Of a DNA stretch of 64,000 nt, positions 39,405-49,217 are shown in pieces. Each line of letters begins with the position of its first letter. The first letter of the stretch is position 1. The notes beneath the pieces are model-generated. The model ran no database searches and was not told the DNA's origin. It was given only the letters and a program-made list of their open reading frames with translations. Location: assembly GCA_965199955.1 (NCBI GenBank), contig CBDATQ010000001.1:1728001-1792000 (forward strand). Reading direction: 5' to 3'. The stretch comes from Spirochaetia bacterium. Lineage in GTDB: Bacteria > Spirochaetota > Spirochaetia > SZUA-6 > Bin103. The translations under genes were made by a program, and so were the position numbers.

Positions 39405-41028
39405 ATGTCCAGCGCGCCAGCGGTCGCCGAAGAACGCGATGCGCTACGCGAAGAGAATCGTCGCCTGGTCCTGGAAAAGGACGATCTGGACGCGAAACTT
39501 CGGGAGCTGAACAAAGAAGCTGGATCTCTACGAAGAACAGGTGGAGTGGTTCAAGAACAAGCTGTATGGACGCGGTACCGAACAGCTCACCGCCGCCGAG
39601 CGGCTGCAGATTCGAGTGTTCGATGAGATCGAACACTCCGCCGACAGCCCGTCGCCGGACGATGAGCCGTCCGCGGATCAGGCGGCCGCCGAGGTGCTTG
39701 CGCGCACTGGCAGCCGCCCGCGGCGCAGACCGCTGCCGCAGGCGCTGCCACGGATCGAGCAGGTCATCGACCTGCCCGAGCAGGACAAGCAGTGCGAGTG
39801 TGGCCACCCCCTGGTGCGCATCGGCGAGGACACCTGCGAGAAGCTCGACGTGATCCCGCCGCAGGTACGGGTGATCCGCACGGTGCGGCCCAAGTACGCC
39901 TGTCATCACTGCGAAGGCTCCGGCGACGAAGAGCATCCGGCGGTGCGGATCGCGCCGCCGCCGGCGGCGCTGATCCCGAAGGGGCTGGCCTCGGAGGGGC
40001 TGGCCTCGGAGGGATTGCTGGCGTTTATCGCCACGGCGAAGTTCTGCGACGCGCTGCCTCTGTACCGCCAGGAGCGGCAGTTCGCGCGCCTCAGCGTCGA
40101 GCTGTCGCGGCGCACGATGTCGGACTGGATGATCGCTGCCGCCACAGCCTGCCAGGCGCTGATGGAGGCGCTGCTCGACAAACTGCGCTGCGGACCGACC
40201 CTGCAGATCGACGAGACCACCGTACAGGTGCTCAAGGAGCAGGACCGCGCCAACACCGACCTGAGCTACGTGTGGGTGGCGCGCGGCGGTCTGCCTGATG
40301 AGCCGGTGGTGGTGTACCGCTATGAGCCCAGCCGCGCCGCGCGGGTAGCCTTCCAGATCATCGGCGACTACCAGGGCTACGTGCAGACCGACCGGTACGA
40401 CGGCTACGCGCGCCCGTGTGCGCAGCCCGGCATCGTGCACGTGGGCTGTTGGGCGCACGTGCGGCGAGCGTTCAAGGAGGCCGCCGACGCGCTGGGCAAG
40501 GTGTCCAGCCGGGCCGCAGCGGCGCTGCATGCGCTGGGGTTCATCGCCAAGCTGTACCGCGCCGAGTCGGAACTGTCGAAGTACCGCGATAAGGACCCTG
40601 AGCGGTTCGTGGCCGCGCGGCGCGCACAGGTGCAACCGGTGCTGGCGAAGTTCCACGGCTGGCTGCAGGAGAAACGCGACCAGGTGCTGCCCGGCTCGGC
40701 GCTCGGCAAGGCGGTGGCCTTCGCGCTCAGCGAGTGGCCGAAGCTGATCCGCTATCTGGACCACCCGCAGATGAGCCCGGACAACAACGCCTGCGAACAG
40801 GCGATCCGCCCGTTCGTGGTGGGCCGCAAGAACTGGCTGTTTTCCGGCAGCCCGCGCGGAGCCAAGGCGAGCGCGATCCTGTACAGCCTGATCGAGACCG
40901 CCAAGGCCAACCGGCGCGAGCCGTACTGGTATCTGCGCGAGCTGTTCGAGAGGCTGCCGCATGCGCGCACCCGCGCCGACTACCTCTCGCTCCTGCCGAC
41001 TGCGCGTCCACCGCCGCCGGCTTCATAG
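39405..41028 (+). pseudogene. tnpC: IS66 transposase TnpC, frameshifted near 39515
   Basis: LPLYRQ, IDETT, QTD, CWAHVRR, DNNACEQAIRP and GRKNWLF motifs; 15-bp tandem duplication at 39981-40010. Confidence 0.9.
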
Positions 41029-41174
41029 AGCCTGGTTTCGCCGGTCGCTTACCAAGATCGCGCTCCCGCTCTCTTCCGTAGAGCCCTTGTAGGAGCTGGG
41101 GAGCACATGCCGATCAACGCTGACCACGTTTCGGTTCGGTTCATTGCGTGTGCGGCGATGCCGCGTTCCGTGCT

Positions 41175-42383
41175 CTACGGGTAGAAGTAGCCGAGGGGGT
41201 AGACGCGCAGCACGTTTTCGTGGCCCAGCACCACATCGGAGGTGCTCTCGTCCTCGAAACCGGACTTCGTGCCACCCGCGAGCTCGAACCACTCGCGGGC
41301 GTAAAGGATGAAGACCCGGTCGCCGATCACCCGGACGTTGGGATAGCGGAACACGGCGAAGTCGTCGGGCAGCTGGCCTAGGTCGGGCACGCCGATCACG
41401 GGGATGAGCGGGTACTCCTCCAGGACCCGCTCGACGTCGTCCAGGCCGGCGCTCACCTCGATGGTGCGGAATTGCTCCCAGGTGGCGCCCGAGTCGCGCG
41501 AGATGGCGGCCGACAGCCGGCCTCGCCGGTAGCCTCGGCGGATCTCTTCCCGCGACGCCTGGTTCCAGACGCAGAGCAGGTCGCCGGTGGACGGGATCGA
41601 GGTCACGGCCGGCGGCGAGTAGGAGGCGGCCAGAGCGGTGGGGCGCACCGCCGACCACGTGGCGCCGCCGTCACGGCTGTAGCTTGCTACCAGCCGGCCT
41701 ACCGTGGAGCGCGCCAGGAACAGCACACGCCCGTCGGTGGTCTCGACCACGCTCGGCTCGTCGCAGGCGGTGATGCCGCCGTAGCCGTTGGCGACGCCGT
41801 CGCGGTCGAACCAGCCCATCAGCTCGCCGTCGCAGGTCTGCCAGGTCGCTCCCTCGTCGTCGGAGTAGCTCACCGAGGCGATGTCGATCTCCGGCCAGTG
41901 GTAGTGCCCGTCCACCAAGCGCCGGATTCCCTTCCAGATGCCGTAGCTGCGGATCTGGTCCAGCGGCAGGTCGGGGTGGTTCTGGTTGGCGAAGCACGTC
42001 CGGTTGGGGTAGAGGAGGCGGCCGCTCGACAACTGGATCAGGGTGTCGTAGTAGGGACTGCCGAACAGTTCGATCGGCCGTCCCCCGCCCCAGCTCCTCC
42101 CATCGTCACCCGAGAGCCACAGCGTGTCCCGCGAGAACGCGGCCAGGGCGCCGGACTGCAGCCGCAGAAGCCCCCACGCGCAGACCGGCTCCGGGAACTC
42201 CCGTTCCTCTCCCCACGACTCTCCTCCATCGTGGGAGATGCGATAGTGGCGCTTGCGCGCCGCCAGCAGCGCACCGTCGGCGAGCTGAGCGATGCTCCAC
42301 TCTCGGCCGACCCCCACGACTTCCACCACGCCTTCCGGAGGCGGCTTGCGGAACGAAGGGCGTCCTGGTGTCTTGTCGTTCAT
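41175..42383 (-). CDS. BNR/Asp-box (sialidase-fold) protein
   Basis: SHDGGESW, SGDDGRSW, SDDEGATW, SRDGGATW and SRDSGATW boxes. Confidence 0.85.
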   Translation of the reverse strand: MNDKTPGRPSFRKPPPEGVVEVVGVGREWSIAQLADGALLAARKRHYRISHDGGESWGEEREFPEPVCAWGLLRLQSGALAAFSRDTLWLSGDDGRSWGGGRPIELFGSPYYDTLIQLSSGRLLYPNRTCFANQNHPDLPLDQIRSYGIWKGIRRLVDGHYHWPEIDIASVSYSDDEGATWQTCDGELMGWFDRDGVANGYGGITACDEPSVVETTDGRVLFLARSTVGRLVASYSRDGGATWSAVRPTALAASYSPPAVTSIPSTGDLLCVWNQASREEIRRGYRRGRLSAAISRDSGATWEQFRTIEVSAGLDDVERVLEEYPLIPVIGVPDLGQLPDDFAVFRYPNVRVIGDRVFILYAREWFELAGGTKSGFEDESTSDVVLGHENVLRVYPLGYFYP

Positions 42384-42403
42384 GGTTCCTCCTCGGAAAT
42401 GCG

Positions 42404-42895
42404 TTAGCCGTCGGCGGCCAGCCGCACGAGAAACCGGTCGAAGTCGTCCAGGTCGCGGGCGATCAGCGGCCGTACTTTCTCGTAGGTTCGGGTCAAAGAG
42501 TCGATTCGATCCCAGTCGTATTGCTGCTCCACATAGTGGCGTTTGAAGTGACGGAATCTCATGAGCTCCGCTAGGTGCCGGTAGGTCTCGCGTGCGATCA
42601 GAGGCTGTCGGATGCCGGGGACTTCGAGAGTCATCTTCTCCAACAGGTCACTGTGCCAGCGGTCAGCCGACAGACGGTTTTCGAAGAATTGCGACACCCT
42701 GAGGAACAGGGTCTCCAGGGCGGTATAAGTGTCGTCCAGGACCTCGGCGATGACGATGGCGCTGGTCCGCCCGCGCCCGAGCGTGGGCAGCTCACGCTCA
42801 CGGAAGTCGCGATAGTAGGAGTCGACATCGTCCAGAATCTCTCGCGCCTGCGCGAGATGGCCGCGCAGAACCGCTATCGACTCAGGTACGCTCAT
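42404..42895 (-). CDS. HEPN-domain RNase toxin (HepT-like)
   Basis: RHFKRH fits the R-x4-H motif; WHSDLL; downstream of an MNT gene. Confidence 0.85.
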   Translation of the reverse strand: MSVPESIAVLRGHLAQAREILDDVDSYYRDFRERELPTLGRGRTSAIVIAEVLDDTYTALETLFLRVSQFFENRLSADRWHSDLLEKMTLEVPGIRQPLIARETYRHLAELMRFRHFKRHYVEQQYDWDRIDSLTRTYEKVRPLIARDLDDFDRFLVRLAADG

Positions 42896-43256
42896 AGATC
42901 AGGCGACCCCGTTCACGGATGGATGCGGCATGGGCCGGATACGCGTTCTCGAGCTGCACCAGGTCCACTTCGAACCCGGTAAGTTCACATGCCTCCCCAT
43001 AGAGCGCCAGGAAGTCTTCGGATGAGGCGATGCCTTCGACAGCGATGTCGATGTCGGACCTCTCTGAGACGGCGCGCGGGTGCAGGAGCGATCCCCACTG
43101 GTAAATCCTTTTCGGATGGTACTTTTTGACTACCAGATCGACGATGCGGTCGAAGTCGCGGCGTGCAGCCTGCAGTCGCCCTTGGAGCGCCTCGCGGCGC
43201 GTCTCTTCTCTGCGGTGCAGGAATCGCCGTGCCGATCCGTAGTCGAAGTCACTCAT
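42882..43256 (-). CDS. Minimal nucleotidyltransferase antitoxin (MntA-like)
   Basis: WGS...SDIDIAVEG and VDLV motifs. Confidence 0.87.
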   Translation of the reverse strand: MSDFDYGSARRFLHRREETRREALQGRLQAARRDFDRIVDLVVKKYHPKRIYQWGSLLHPRAVSERSDIDIAVEGIASSEDFLALYGEACELTGFEVDLVQLENAYPAHAASIRERGRLIYERT

Positions 43257-43283
43257 CGGCACGCAGTGTAGCACTGCGTCCGG

Positions 43284-44258
43284 TCAGGCCCAGACGGCCA
43301 AGTCGCCGAACACCGAGCGCAGGCGCTCGGCGTACTCGTCGGGGAGCTCCAGGCTCTCCATGCAGGCGACGTTGGCGTCGAGGTGCTGGAGGTTGGTGGT
43401 GCCGGTCAGGACCGTGTGGATGTCCGGATGGCGGGCGGCGAAGCGGTAGCCGGCGGTGATGACGGAGTCGACGCTGCCGCCGACCAGCCAGCCCAGCGGA
43501 TCGTCGTCGTCCAGGGCGTCTTCGGCGATCAGCTCGTTCCGTTTCAGCTCGGCGATCAGCGCGCGGAGCTGGGCCGGCTGGGAGAGCTTCGAGCGCACCG
43601 CGCTCATGCAGACGACGCCGGCGCCGTGCCGCCGTGCCAGCGGGAGCGCGCGCTTGGCCGCGAACTGGTTGAGGATCCCGTACTTGAGCGAGATCACGTC
43701 CCAGGAGTCTGGGTGGCGTTCGAGCGCCAGCGAGACCGCCTCGTGAGCGGGGTCGACGATGTAGCGCTCGCTGATGCCGCGGTAGCGGATCTTGCCCTCG
43801 GCGCGCAGGCGGTCGAGCACCGGGATGAACCGTTCGGCGACCTCCTCGTACTGCTCGGGACGCACGCCGTGCAGCTCCATGATGTCGATGACGTCGGTGC
43901 GCAGGCGCCGCAGGCTCGCCTCGACCCCGCGGGTGAGCGACTCCGGATCGGTCTGGATCGGCGCGTCGGCGCCCCCAACCCCGGCCGGGGACCAGCGCGG
44001 CGAGGGCGCCCACTTGGTCAGCAGCAGGTAACGGTCGCGCGGCACGCCGGCCAGGGCCTCGCCGAGGAGCGCCTCGCTCTCCCCGTAGTTCTCGGAGGTG
44101 TCGAAGAGGTTGATGCCGTGGGCCAGGCAGCGGTGCACCAGGGCGGCGCGCTGCGGGCGCTCGCCCGCCTCCGGGGCGCCGAACCCGCTGGGGCCGCCGG
44201 TGCCGAAGGAGACCAGCGAAACCGAAAGGCCGGTGCGGCCGAGCGTACGGAACTCCAT
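43284..44258 (-). CDS. Aldo/keto reductase
   Basis: FDTSENYG, LTK, SLRRLRTDVIDIMELH and GKIRYRGIS motifs. Confidence 0.9.
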   Translation of the reverse strand: MEFRTLGRTGLSVSLVSFGTGGPSGFGAPEAGERPQRAALVHRCLAHGINLFDTSENYGESEALLGEALAGVPRDRYLLLTKWAPSPRWSPAGVGGADAPIQTDPESLTRGVEASLRRLRTDVIDIMELHGVRPEQYEEVAERFIPVLDRLRAEGKIRYRGISERYIVDPAHEAVSLALERHPDSWDVISLKYGILNQFAAKRALPLARRHGAGVVCMSAVRSKLSQPAQLRALIAELKRNELIAEDALDDDDPLGWLVGGSVDSVITAGYRFAARHPDIHTVLTGTTNLQHLDANVACMESLELPDEYAERLRSVFGDLAVWA

Positions 44259-44279
44259 CCTCGGCTCCTGTGCCGGGTG

Positions 44280-45194
44280 TCAGACGCTGGTCATGCCGGC
44301 GTCCGCCGCGGCCTGGTCCAGCAGTCGCATGTCGGAGTCGGACAGCGCCGCGATCGGCGCGCGCGTGCACCCGCCCGCCAGACCGCGCTTGTTGGCCAGG
44401 TAGCGCAGCGCGGCGGCCGGCGTGGCGGCGGCGGCCGCGAACGCGCGCCGGATGCTGTTCACCTTTCGCTGAATCGCGCGCGCCTGCGCCAGGTCGCCGG
44501 CACGGACGCAGTCGTACAGGCTGATGCACTCCCGGCCCAGCATCAGCGGAGAGATGCCGTAGTTGGCGTCGGCTCCCATCACCAGTGCCGGCAGCGCCCG
44601 CGGCTCCTGCCCGTTGGTCACGAAGAAGCCGTCCCGGCCGTCGGTGCGGTCGATCAGGTCGATCAGCTCCGTGAGGTCCAGGCTGGACTGCTTGATGGTC
44701 ACCACGTTGTCGAGCCGGCTCAGCTCCACCAGGAGCGACACCGACATGTTGATCGCGACGCGCGGCGGGTTGTTGTAGATCGTGATCGGCAGCTTGCTCT
44801 CGGCCGCGATGCGACCGAAGTGCCACCGCAGGTCGTCGTCGCAGGGGCGCAGGTAGTGGGGCGGCGTCATCATCACGCCGTCCGCTCCCGCACGGGCGGC
44901 GGCTTCGCCGAGCTCGATCACGGTGTCGGTGCGCGCGTGCGCGGTGCCGGCGATCACCGTGCAGCGGCCGGCCGCCTGCTCGACTGCCACCTCGTACAGG
45001 CGGATGCGCTCCGGCTCGCTGAGCAGCGGGAACTCCCCGAACGAGCCGGTGAGGGTGATGCCGTGGATGCCTTCGCCGATCAGGTAGTCGATGTTGGTGC
45101 GCATGCCCTGCTCGTCGACGCTGCCGTCGGCGTTGAACGGGGTCAGCAGGGGCATGATGTAGCCGCGCAGCGGCGCGGGACGGTCTGCGGACAT
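44280..45194 (-). CDS. DHDPS/N-acetylneuraminate lyase family protein
   Basis: LTPF, TGSFGEF, IYNNP and IKQS (Schiff-base Lys). Confidence 0.9.
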   Translation of the reverse strand: MSADRPAPLRGYIMPLLTPFNADGSVDEQGMRTNIDYLIGEGIHGITLTGSFGEFPLLSEPERIRLYEVAVEQAAGRCTVIAGTAHARTDTVIELGEAAARAGADGVMMTPPHYLRPCDDDLRWHFGRIAAESKLPITIYNNPPRVAINMSVSLLVELSRLDNVVTIKQSSLDLTELIDLIDRTDGRDGFFVTNGQEPRALPALVMGADANYGISPLMLGRECISLYDCVRAGDLAQARAIQRKVNSIRRAFAAAAATPAAALRYLANKRGLAGGCTRAPIAALSDSDMRLLDQAAADAGMTSV

Positions 45195-45304
45195 TGAACG
45201 CTCCTCGTGCGTATTCACCCGAGCTTCGCGCAATGCGGGCGGAGCGGCAAGATCCGGGAGCCCGTCGCGCGTACGCTCACCGCGCCGCGGGGTACGATGC
45301 GGCG

Positions 45305-47431
45305 ATGGCTGAAGCGCCCCGACGCTACCGCGTCGCCGTGGACATCGGCGGCACCTTCACCGACCTGCTGATCCTGGACGCGGAGAGGCAACGCTGCCAC
45401 GTGGGCAAGGTGCTCACCACCGTGCCCGACCCGTCGGCCGGCGTGCTGCAGGGGATCGCGGCCCTGCTGGAGACGAGCGGGGTGGCGCCGCCAGGCATTG
45501 GCGGCGTCATTCACGGTACGACGTTGGTAACGAACGCCCTGATCGAACGGCGTGGGGCGCGCACCGCGCTGCTCACCACCGCCGGCTTCCGCGATGCGCT
45601 GGAGATCGGCACCGAGGGCCGCTACGACATCTACGACCTGGGGCTCGTCAAGCCGGCGCCACTGGTGGAGCGCCGGTTGCGCTTCGAGGTGCCGGAGCGG
45701 ATGAACGCGGCCGGAGCGCCGCTGCGGACGCTGGACCCGGCGGTCCTGGAGCCGATCTGCGACGCGCTGCAGGCCGAGGGCATCGAGGCGGTAGCGGTGT
45801 GCTACCTGCACGCGTACGCCAACCCTGCGCACGAGGTCGCAACCGCCGAGTTTCTGCGGGAGCGGCTGCCGATCCTGCCGGTGACCCTGTCGCACCGGGT
45901 GGCGCCGGCCCTGCGCGAGTACCAGCGCGCATCCACGGCGGTCGCCAACGCCTACGTGCAGCCGCTCGCCGCCGGCTACCTGCGCGGGCTGGAGGACGGA
46001 CTGCGCCGCGCCGACGTCGCCGCACCGGTCCACATCATGCTGTCCACCGGCGGGACCGCGACGGTCGAGACCGCCGCCGACGTCCCCATCCGCCTGGTGG
46101 AGTCGGGGCCGGCCGGCGGCGCGCTGGCCGGCGCGTGGTGGGGCCGCCTCACCGGCCACGACGAGGTGCTGGCGTTCGACATGGGCGGCACCACGGCCAA
46201 GGCGGTGTTCACCGCGCACGGCGAGTTCGCGGTGACCGCCGAGTCGGAGGTGGCGCGCGTGCACCGCTTCAAGCGCGGCAGCGGGCTGCCCCTGCTGATG
46301 CCCACCATGCAGATGATCGAGATCGGCGCCGGCGGCGGCAGCATCGCCCGGCTGGGTGACCTGGGACTGCCGGCCGTGGGCCCGCGGAGCGCCGGCTCCG
46401 AACCGGGGCCCGCCTGCTACGGGCGCGGCGGGCGCGAGCCCACGGTCACCGACGCCGACCTGCTGCTGGGCTACCTGGATTCGCACGCCTTCGCCGGCGG
46501 CACCATGACGCTGGACATGGGCGCCGCCCGCGCATCCTTCGGAGAGCTCGCGGCGGCCCTGGAGATGGATGCCGCGCGGGTGGCGTGGGGGATCCACGAC
46601 CTGGTCAACGAGAACATGGCTGCGGCCGCCCGCGTGCACGCCGCCGAGCGGGGCCTGGACACGCGGCGCTACGCCCTGGTGGCGACCGGCGGCGCGGGAC
46701 CGCTGCATGCCTGCGGCGTGGCGCGGCGCCTGGGGCTCGACACGGTGGTGATCCCGCCCCTGGCCGGCGTGGGCTCGGCGTTCGGCTTGCTGCTGGCGCC
46801 GCTCTCCTTCGACCTCACGCGCAGCTACGTGGCGCGGCTCGACCGGATCGAGCGCTCGACGCTGGCGGCGATCCTGGAGGAACTGGAGCGGGAGGGGCGC
46901 GAGCGCGTGGGGGCGGCGGGCGTGGCGGACGATCGGATTGCCGTACGGCGATCCGCTGACATGAGATACACGGGGCAGGGCTACGAGATCCGGGTGGAGG
47001 TGCCGCCGGGCGTGCCGGACGCCGCCCTGCTGGAAGACGTGCGGCGGAGTTTCGAGCAGGCATACGTGGCCTTCTACGGCGAGCTCTGCGACGGCGTCCC
47101 GTTGGAGGCCGTCAACTGGCGGGTCTCCGTGGAGGGGCCGCGCCCCGACCTCGGCCAGGTGCCGGAGCACATGGCAGTGCGTGGTGCCGTGGACGAAGCT
47201 CCCGGCGTGGAGCCGCGGCGCCGCGATGCGCTGTTCGACGGCACGGGTGCCTTCCTATCCACGCCGGTCTATCAGCGCCACCGGCTGTCGCCGGACTTCG
47301 CCGCCGAGGGGCCGGCCATCATCGAGGAGGCGGAGTCCACCACCGTGGTGCCGCCGGGCTGGAGCGTGGCCGGCGGCGCGGGCGGCTGCCTGCTGGTGCG
47401 TTCCACCTCGGCTGCGGGAGGCGTGTCATGA
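45305..47431 (+). CDS. Hydantoinase/oxoprolinase A subunit
   Basis: DIGGTFTD, HGTT, ESGPAGG, DMGGTT, GAGGGSIA and DMRYTGQG motifs. Confidence 0.93.
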   Translation: MAEAPRRYRVAVDIGGTFTDLLILDAERQRCHVGKVLTTVPDPSAGVLQGIAALLETSGVAPPGIGGVIHGTTLVTNALIERRGARTALLTTAGFRDALEIGTEGRYDIYDLGLVKPAPLVERRLRFEVPERMNAAGAPLRTLDPAVLEPICDALQAEGIEAVAVCYLHAYANPAHEVATAEFLRERLPILPVTLSHRVAPALREYQRASTAVANAYVQPLAAGYLRGLEDGLRRADVAAPVHIMLSTGGTATVETAADVPIRLVESGPAGGALAGAWWGRLTGHDEVLAFDMGGTTAKAVFTAHGEFAVTAESEVARVHRFKRGSGLPLLMPTMQMIEIGAGGGSIARLGDLGLPAVGPRSAGSEPGPACYGRGGREPTVTDADLLLGYLDSHAFAGGTMTLDMGAARASFGELAAALEMDAARVAWGIHDLVNENMAAAARVHAAERGLDTRRYALVATGGAGPLHACGVARRLGLDTVVIPPLAGVGSAFGLLLAPLSFDLTRSYVARLDRIERSTLAAILEELEREGRERVGAAGVADDRIAVRRSADMRYTGQGYEIRVEVPPGVPDAALLEDVRRSFEQAYVAFYGELCDGVPLEAVNWRVSVEGPRPDLGQVPEHMAVRGAVDEAPGVEPRRRDALFDGTGAFLSTPVYQRHRLSPDFAAEGPAIIEEAESTTVVPPGWSVAGGAGGCLLVRSTSAAGGVS

Positions 47432-49182
47432 TCGACCCCATCACGATCGACCCGATTACGCTGGAGGTGCTGCGCAACCGGCTGATCTCCATCGTCGACG
47501 AGCAGGCGGCGGCCCTGATCCACGCGTCCTTCACCACCGTGGTGCGGGAAGCGGGCGACCTGTCCGCCGGCGTGTTCGACGCCCGCGGGCGCATGCTGGC
47601 GCAGGCGGTCACGGGCACCCCCGGCCACATCAACACCATGGCCAACTGCGTGCGCGACTACGTGGTGCCCCGCCATCCGCTTGCGTCTCTGAGCCCCGGC
47701 GACACCCTGATCACCAACGATCCGTGGGCCGCCTCCGGGCACCTGTTCGACTTCACCGTGGTCACGCCGGTGTTCCACCGCGGCCGCGGCGTCGGCTGGT
47801 TCGCCAACACCTGCCACGCCACCGACATCGGCGGCCTGAGCATGGGCGCGGACGCCACCGAGGTGTTCGAGGAGGGGCTGGCCGTGCCGCTGCTGAAGCT
47901 GTTCCGCGGCGGCGAGCCCAACGGCGAGCTGCTCGAGATCGTCCGCGCCAATGTGCGCATGCCGGACATGGTGATCGGCGACCTGTACGCGCAGCACACC
48001 GGCAACCTGGTCGGGGCGCGCAAGCTCGTGGAGATGCTCGACGAGTACGGGCTCCCGGACGTGGAGGCAATGGGCGAGGCGATCCTCGACCGGACCGAGG
48101 ACGCGGTGCGCGCCGCGATCCGGGAGATTCCCGACGGCACCTACCGCAGCGCCGTGGCCATCGACGGCTTCGACGATCCTCTGCGGATCGAGTGCCGCGT
48201 GCAGGTGACCGGCGACACGATCGCCATCGACTACGCCGGCAGCTCGCCGCAGGTGGAGCGCGGCATCAACGTGGTCATGAACTACACGCACGCCTACTCC
48301 ACCTACACGGTGATGACGGTGGTGGCGCCGGCCATCCCCAACAACGAGGGCGCCTTCCGGCCGATGACGATCACCGCGCCGCCGGGATCGATTCTCAACT
48401 GCCGCCGGCCGGCCGCGGTGGCCGCCCGCCACCTGATCGGGCACTTCGTGTCGCAGCCGATCCTGACCGCCCTGGGGCAGGCGGTCCCGGAGCGGGTGAT
48501 GGCCGAGGGGTCGGCCGGCCTGTGGAACACCATGCTGGAGGGCAGGACCGGGCAGGACGGCGAGCTGTTCGCCTACATCTTCTTCTCCGCCGGCGGCATG
48601 GGCGCGCGGGCGCACCGCGACGGCCTGTCGGCGACGGCGTTTCCGTCAGGCATCACCGGCGTGCCGGCCGAGGCGATCGAGGCGGTGGCGCCGGTGATGC
48701 TGCACCGCCGCGCGCTGATCCGGGACTCCGGCGGTGCCGGGCGGTTTCGCGGCGGGCTGGGGCAGGAGATGGAGCTGGAGGTGGTCACCGGCCACGCGGC
48801 AGTCCACTCGCCGATGTACGACCGCACGCGCATCCCGGCGCGCGGCTTCGCCGGCGGCGAGGACGGCAGCGCGGGAGAGGTCGTGCACAGCGACGGCCGC
48901 GCGCTGCACCCCAAGAAGCGCTATACGCTGCAGCCGGGGGAACGGTTCACCTTGCGCCTGCCGGGCGGCGCAGGCTACCACCCGCCCTGGCAGCGCGATC
49001 CGGCGGCGGTGGCCGAGGACGTGCGCCAGGGCTACGTGTCAGTGCAGGCCGCCGCGCAGCGCTACGGCGTGGTGATCGATCCCGCGACCGGCGCCGTCGA
49101 CCACGCCGCCTCCGTGCGCCGCCGGCGTGCCCTCGCCCTCACACACCGTGACCGGATCGACCCGCCGCGCGTGCGCGAGTGA
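47428..49182 (+). CDS. Hydantoinase B/oxoprolinase subunit
   Basis: TNDPW...GHLFD, HATDIGG, EEG, DSGGAGRFRGG and DVRQGYVS motifs. Confidence 0.93.
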   Translation: MIDPITIDPITLEVLRNRLISIVDEQAAALIHASFTTVVREAGDLSAGVFDARGRMLAQAVTGTPGHINTMANCVRDYVVPRHPLASLSPGDTLITNDPWAASGHLFDFTVVTPVFHRGRGVGWFANTCHATDIGGLSMGADATEVFEEGLAVPLLKLFRGGEPNGELLEIVRANVRMPDMVIGDLYAQHTGNLVGARKLVEMLDEYGLPDVEAMGEAILDRTEDAVRAAIREIPDGTYRSAVAIDGFDDPLRIECRVQVTGDTIAIDYAGSSPQVERGINVVMNYTHAYSTYTVMTVVAPAIPNNEGAFRPMTITAPPGSILNCRRPAAVAARHLIGHFVSQPILTALGQAVPERVMAEGSAGLWNTMLEGRTGQDGELFAYIFFSAGGMGARAHRDGLSATAFPSGITGVPAEAIEAVAPVMLHRRALIRDSGGAGRFRGGLGQEMELEVVTGHAAVHSPMYDRTRIPARGFAGGEDGSAGEVVHSDGRALHPKKRYTLQPGERFTLRLPGGAGYHPPWQRDPAAVAEDVRQGYVSVQAAAQRYGVVIDPATGAVDHAASVRRRRALALTHRDRIDPPRVRE

Positions 49183-49217
49183 CAGGGCACGCTGCCGCGT
49201 GCCAGCCTCGTGCGGCC

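Larger units (their letters stand above)
38636..41052 (+). mobile_element. IS66-family insertion sequence (degenerate)
   Basis: Ends GTAAGCGTCCG... / ...CGGTCGCTTAC; 8-bp direct repeat CAAGATCG at 38628-38635 and 41053-41060; tnpA-tnpB-tnpC order. Confidence 0.93.

Noticed and set aside
39981..40010. 15-bp tandem duplication (GLASE twice) in tnpC
   Set aside because: Simple slippage duplication in an already broken transposase
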